Positions 59,701 to 64,000 of a stretch of DNA of 64,000 nt are shown in pieces. How positions within the stretch are numbered: position 1 is the stretch's first letter; the number at the start of each line of letters is the position of its first letter. The translations under genes and the position numbers were made by a program. This stretch comes from a virus. Below the pieces are notes generated by a model. It saw only the letters and a program-made list of their open reading frames with translations. It had not been told where the DNA came from and made no database searches. The DNA lies in IMG/VR virus record IMGVR_UViG_3300045988_095709, positions 33,509 through 97,508 of that record. One strand, 5' to 3'.

Positions 59701-62073
59701 TCTATGTTTTCAGAGATAGATTTAGAAAACTCTTCTAGTGATTATATAAATAAAAATTACGATAGACAGTCAGATTAGACTTTACAACCAAAAGAGTCTA
59801 TATATAGAGATGAAAACTATTATAAATATATAGAAGGAAAGAAAGAGATGAAAGAATTGTACGATGAATTAATTAGTACAATGGAACAATCTTTTTAGAA
59901 CTATCCTTTTGTGAAGAAATATGATTATAGATTGCCACAGAGAGGAGAAACAAGAAATTCATCTATACTTTCTAGAAATCTATTGACAAGATTGGGTGTA
60001 AACGTAGGAGAAGTTTTAGATAGAACTCTGTCTGTAAACGAAAACGATTTGGATATAAATTTCCAAGAATAGGTATTACGACCAGATGGAACACCTATTA
60101 AAAATATACCAATAAGGTGGATAAGAAGACTTAGTAAACCTGAGTATATATCTTCAGATATAATAGGTTCTGTTACTTTAATGTATGGAATGTCTGTAAA
60201 CTATAAATTAAAAAATCAAAAAGTTTCTCAAGTAGAGTCTATTTTAAACTATATAAGAAGTAACGATCCTAGTAGTTCTTCAAAATAGGCAGAAGCTATA
60301 CAAGGAATGATAGATAGACAATTCTATGAAGAACAGACATCTGGACTGAAAGTAAATCCGACGCCAGAATAGTGGAAACATGCTGATTGGTTTAGAAGAT
60401 ATTTCTGGAGTGCTAAATCATGGTTGAAAAAAGTAGGACAAATAAGAGGTATCGCATAGTTAGGTATGTTGGCATTCAACTTAGGTTCTGGTATAGTTTC
60501 GTCTTTAGACGCTACTACTAGTATGGTTATAGACGTTCTTACTGGAAAATATATAAACTATAAAGACTTATCTTATGCATTCAGCCAGTTAATGTTTGAT
60601 TTACCTAAAGCTATAAACAGCTTAGGTAAAATAAAAACCGATAGTGATATATGCGCTCAGATGTAGTATTTTGGACTAGCAAAAGGAAACGCTCAGACGT
60701 TTAGAAACACCGATTATAGTAAACTGAGAAGATTTTTATCTGACGGATTACTTATGAAACAATTTGCAATAGGCGATTATACAATCAACGCTTTAAATAT
60801 GACATCTGTACTATATAATTATAGATTGTATGTAGATTAGGATGGAAAACGTCAACTATTAAATAAACCTGACTTCATAAGAAAGGCTATAAACGACGGA
60901 ATGACATATAAACAAGCCAAAAGTGCTTATAATTCCGCAAAGATAGCAAAACGTTTCCTTAAACGTGGAAAAGACGGCATGATTACTGTAGATAAAGAGT
61001 TTGAAAAGGATATGTACAGAATAGGACAGTAGATAAGAAGTAGATCGTCAATATACAACGGTGTTATAAATGATGCTGAACGTACATATTTCCAATCTAA
61101 TGTGTGGTTGTCTTTGATATCAATGCTTCGTAATTTCTTTATAGTAGGTATTTGGGAAAGATTTTAGACTTATCGAGATTTTCAAATGAGTGTCGAATAG
61201 ACTTTTGATCCTGAAACAGGAGAGATACTAAACGAATACGGAGGAGAAAATTTAAATCCTCAACAAGCTGCCAATATAAAGAAAGAATAGAGATATTATG
61301 CAGGAGGGTACAACTTCGATACCGGACAGATAGAAAACGGAACAACATTATCGTTCTTTAGATACTTATCTAAACTATATCCTTATCTTAAGTATTCAAC
61401 AGACGTAATATTCTCAGGAATGAGTAAGTACGATCCACAAAGAGAGTAGTACTTAAAAAATAACAATCTAAACGCGTAGGAAATATACGGAGCTTAGAAA
61501 ATAACTATGGAATTTACAGCAGCGATGTTATTTATATTAGCCAGTGCAAGTATATATAGAATAGCTAAAACAAAAGATCCAGATGACGATGATGCTTATT
61601 TGTGGTATCTTATCAACTATGTTATGGTTCGTCTCCCTATCGAAAGATTTACGTGGATGTCGTTAGATACAGTGAATGACCTTATAAATTCTATCACAGC
61701 AGCTTCTTCTGATTTAAAACGAAAAGGACATTTGATAGATATGGTTATGGAAGCGTTAGGATTAAGTAAGCACAAACTCACTGACGAAATGCCTTCAAAC
61801 AGTCAATATGCAGGTCAACAGCGATGGTTTTATCATCTTTGCAACATCGGTTCTAGTTTTGGTTTGCATAACTACTATGTTAATATGCCTAAAGCGTTAG
61901 GTGGAGGAGGAGCTAAACCTTTGATGCGTAAAGCATATTTCTATTATGATAAATTACCATTTGGTAATTATATTTACGATAGAGGTAAAAAGACAGACAA
62001 AGTAGATAAAAGAAAAAAGAATGTCGGAGTTTCTGTTATTAGCGATGACAGTAATGACGGATTTGATAGATGA
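56773..62073 (+). CDS. Second giant virion protein (1766 codons), function unknown
   Basis: I read frame 1 codon by codon from ATG 56773 to TGA 62071-62073 and only TAG interrupts it, first at codon 10. The C-terminal third has hydrophobic segments (60466-60560, 61507-61575). Confidence 0.75.
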
Positions 62074-62133
62074 CAAAAATATAACAATAGTATTTTGGTC
62101 GTATTTTAGCGGGACGCGAATATTATAAAAAAC

Positions 62134-62182
62134 AAAGGAGACTATAATTCCGATTTTTTCGGAACTATAATCTCCTTTTTTT
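62134..62182. terminator. Bidirectional intrinsic terminator at the convergence of the plus and minus transcription units
   Basis: AAAGGAGACTATAATTCCG (62134-62152) pairs with CGGAACTATAATCTCCTTT (60160-62178 region, 62160-62178), giving 19 bp with 2 mismatches. A T-run lies downstream on the plus strand and an A-run upstream, which is a T-run on the minus strand. It overlaps the last codons of the minus-strand gene 62142-62660. Confidence 0.7.
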
Positions 62183-62660
62183 GTAATCTATGCGAATCGC
62201 TTATCGTGTATTGAAAATCTATTTCAGGCACGGATTCAACTTCAAAATTATATTTGTTTTCAGAAGGATTCAATACGTATTTAGTAAAATTAATATCCGA
62301 TGTTCCCCAGAATTTTAATATAATTTCTGGTTTATAAATCATCGGATACACACTTTTTATCATGCGTTTTACTAAATGATCGACAGTTTGAATCGCATAG
62401 ATTGTATAGGATTTTCCATTTATCATGTATACTTTTGAACTTCTTAGATTTTTAAGCTTTAAGAATTTAAAGTATCTTTCCTGACTATCTATTGTTTTTA
62501 TAGAATTATCGTACATTAAAAAGATACAATCAAAAATAGCCGGTCTGTTGATATCGTAATTATACGCATTAACAAAACCGGCTGAATAGCTAAAATCCTT
62601 TTGTGAAATTGCAGTACTACTAAATAATAAAGGAATTATAGCTTTTATTTTAACAGACAT
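62142..62660 (-). CDS. Hypothetical protein (172 aa), standard code, TAG stop
   Basis: The ORF is uninterrupted and its stop codon is TAG (complement of 62142-62144). The N-terminus is hydrophobic and signal-like (MSVKIKAIIPLLFSSTAISQ). Confidence 0.7.
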   Translation of the reverse strand: MSVKIKAIIPLLFSSTAISQKDFSYSAGFVNAYNYDINRPAIFDCIFLMYDNSIKTIDSQERYFKFLKLKNLRSSKVYMINGKSYTIYAIQTVDHLVKRMIKSVYPMIYKPEIILKFWGTSDINFTKYVLNPSENKYNFEVESVPEIDFQYTISDSHRLQKKEIIVPKKSEL

Positions 62661-62667
62661 ATTGATT

Positions 62668-63699
62668 CTAAGATTCTAATGTTTCAAACCCGTTATTGTT
62701 ATAATATTCTAAATGATGATCCCACTTATTATTAGCATAATGCCAACAAATTTGTGATAACGAGTCATTTACTGTTTTTTCTCTACTTTGTATTTGTTCT
62801 TTAGTGATTTTAAATACACGTATTTCTGGTAATACGGATGTACTTATGCAAATAATATTACAGTCGAATTTCCATTCTTCTGCGTTTTCACCAAGAATGT
62901 TTTCTAAAAACCATTTTGTAGCTTTTATGTAAAAACAAATTTGTCTGAAATAATCGTATTCTTTAACACTATCTTCAAAATGACCTATTTTATTAGTAGT
63001 TTTCAAATCAGAAATTGTACAAATTTTATTTTTAAAATTAAAATTTATACTGTCAAGTAACGATTTACAGTTTATTACTCCGTATTCTGTTTTAAACTCC
63101 CAATCGATTCGGAATTCATGATATGTTACTCCTTCTGTAGGATATAATATCTTATTTGCAGCTTTATGCTGTTTTACTAAATATTCTAAAAGTAATAGAT
63201 TCGTTTTAGAATTTTTAGTTATGAGTTCTACTTTAGGATATTTGGTCTTAATATCTATGTAATTCTTTAGCTTATTGGCTATTTCCTTTGCTTTAGACAG
63301 TATCAAATCGTTCGAGCTTCCAGTTGTCTTATACGATGATTTATAAGCGCTTAGAAGCGATTTATCAGGCATTATTTCTACGCTATTAATTAGCATACTA
63401 CAAAACTTTTCCTGATTTACTGATTGCGGTTTTTCACCGTTGAACACCATATAATTCTTATCAAACTCTTCTGGTTGTAATAAAAACATATGTATCATTG
63501 TTCCTTTTGATAAATACTCAGTAGATATAGTATCGAAAGTTCTATCATTTAATTTTTTATATAAATACGCAGGACCATTTTTCAAAAAATAACCAACATC
63601 ACTATTACTTATCTTGCAACTAGAATAATATTCTGTTTCAGTATTAAGATTAGTAATGTATTGATTTATCTTTTCTATTTGTAATTCTTCGTTATTCAT
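62668..63699 (-). CDS. PD-(D/E)XK exonuclease (RecB/Cas4/YqaJ-like), replication/recombination module
   Basis: This uninterrupted 343-aa ORF contains ...CTISDLKTTNK... (D-x-K core) followed by ...YFRQICFYIKA (QxxxY). Its stop codon is TAG (complement of 62668-62670). Confidence 0.65.
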   Translation of the reverse strand: MNNEELQIEKINQYITNLNTETEYYSSCKISNSDVGYFLKNGPAYLYKKLNDRTFDTISTEYLSKGTMIHMFLLQPEEFDKNYMVFNGEKPQSVNQEKFCSMLINSVEIMPDKSLLSAYKSSYKTTGSSNDLILSKAKEIANKLKNYIDIKTKYPKVELITKNSKTNLLLLEYLVKQHKAANKILYPTEGVTYHEFRIDWEFKTEYGVINCKSLLDSINFNFKNKICTISDLKTTNKIGHFEDSVKEYDYFRQICFYIKATKWFLENILGENAEEWKFDCNIICISTSVLPEIRVFKITKEQIQSREKTVNDSLSQICWHYANNKWDHHLEYYNNNGFETLES

Positions 63700-63707
63700 A
63701 TAAAAAA

Positions 63708-64000
63708 TTAATTCTGAATTTCAATATTCAAATCGTTTAGAAGATCTAACTCCTTAGAATCTGGATATAACTGTACTTCGTATAAAAAGTTAATAATATT
63801 ATCAAAACTTTTAACTTTGAATTTGTTAATTAAATCCAAACATCTTATTTGTTTCTTTTCATCGTCCTTTATTATTTCGTTTATGAGATTTGATATACTA
63901 TTGTTATCCAATCCTTCAAACTTCTTATAATATCGAATACGAGAACAACGATCTATCAGATTTTCATTAGCAAAATTTTCATCGTTACAAGTAAATAATA
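63708..64000 (-). CDS. Hypothetical protein, 5' end outside the window
   Basis: The frame stays open upstream of the track's TTG start (63911) to the window edge. The stop is TAA (complement of 63708-63710). Confidence 0.55.
   Translation of the reverse strand, partial: LFTCNDENFANENLIDRCSRIRYYKKFEGLDNNSISNLINEIIKDDEKKQIRCLDLINKFKVKSFDNIINFLYEVQLYPDSKELDLLNDLNIEIQN

Noticed and set aside
119-62073. Alternative explanations for the fragmented ORFs: pseudogenisation, sequencing frameshifts or programmed frameshifting
   Set aside because: All interruptions are the single codon TAG. The frame is retained across every interruption, with 25 track ORFs in the same frame over 16 kb. Conserved motifs continue across the TAGs. 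Decay or frameshifts would produce mixed stop codons and frame changes.
1-64000. Lysogeny or mobile-element functions (integrase, transposase, att-like repeats)
   Set aside because: I recognised no recombinase-like motif or flanking direct repeats. The window reads as a contiguous lytic-phage structural, lysis and early-gene region.

Overview
This window is almost entirely the late (virion) module of an AT-rich tailed phage with crAss-like (Crassvirales-type) gene content. A single co-directional plus-strand block (119-62073) holds 35 tightly packed genes. In order they are a long tail fibre, TerL, portal, a scaffold-like protein, the major capsid protein, connector-region genes, a tail-fibre cluster, a GT2 glycosyltransferase, a lysis cassette, large tail proteins, and two giant virion proteins of 5372 and 1766 codons. 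The 5372-codon protein carries a DFDID (DxDxD) RNA-polymerase-type motif. A bidirectional terminator at about 62134-62182 separates this block from three convergent minus-strand genes, one of which is a RecB/Cas4-type nuclease.

The main result is that the plus-strand block only makes sense if TAG is a sense codon, most likely Gln. Every interruption of the long frames is TAG, the frame is never lost, and every gene then ends in TAA or TGA. In contrast, two of the three minus-strand genes end in TAG and none has an internal TAG, so the window appears to span a boundary between standard-code genes and TAG-recoded late genes.

All coordinates below assume TAG read-through on the plus strand. I found no tRNA, rRNA, CRISPR array, integrase or reverse transcriptase. 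Functional calls rest on motifs I could read, gene size and gene order, because no database search was possible.
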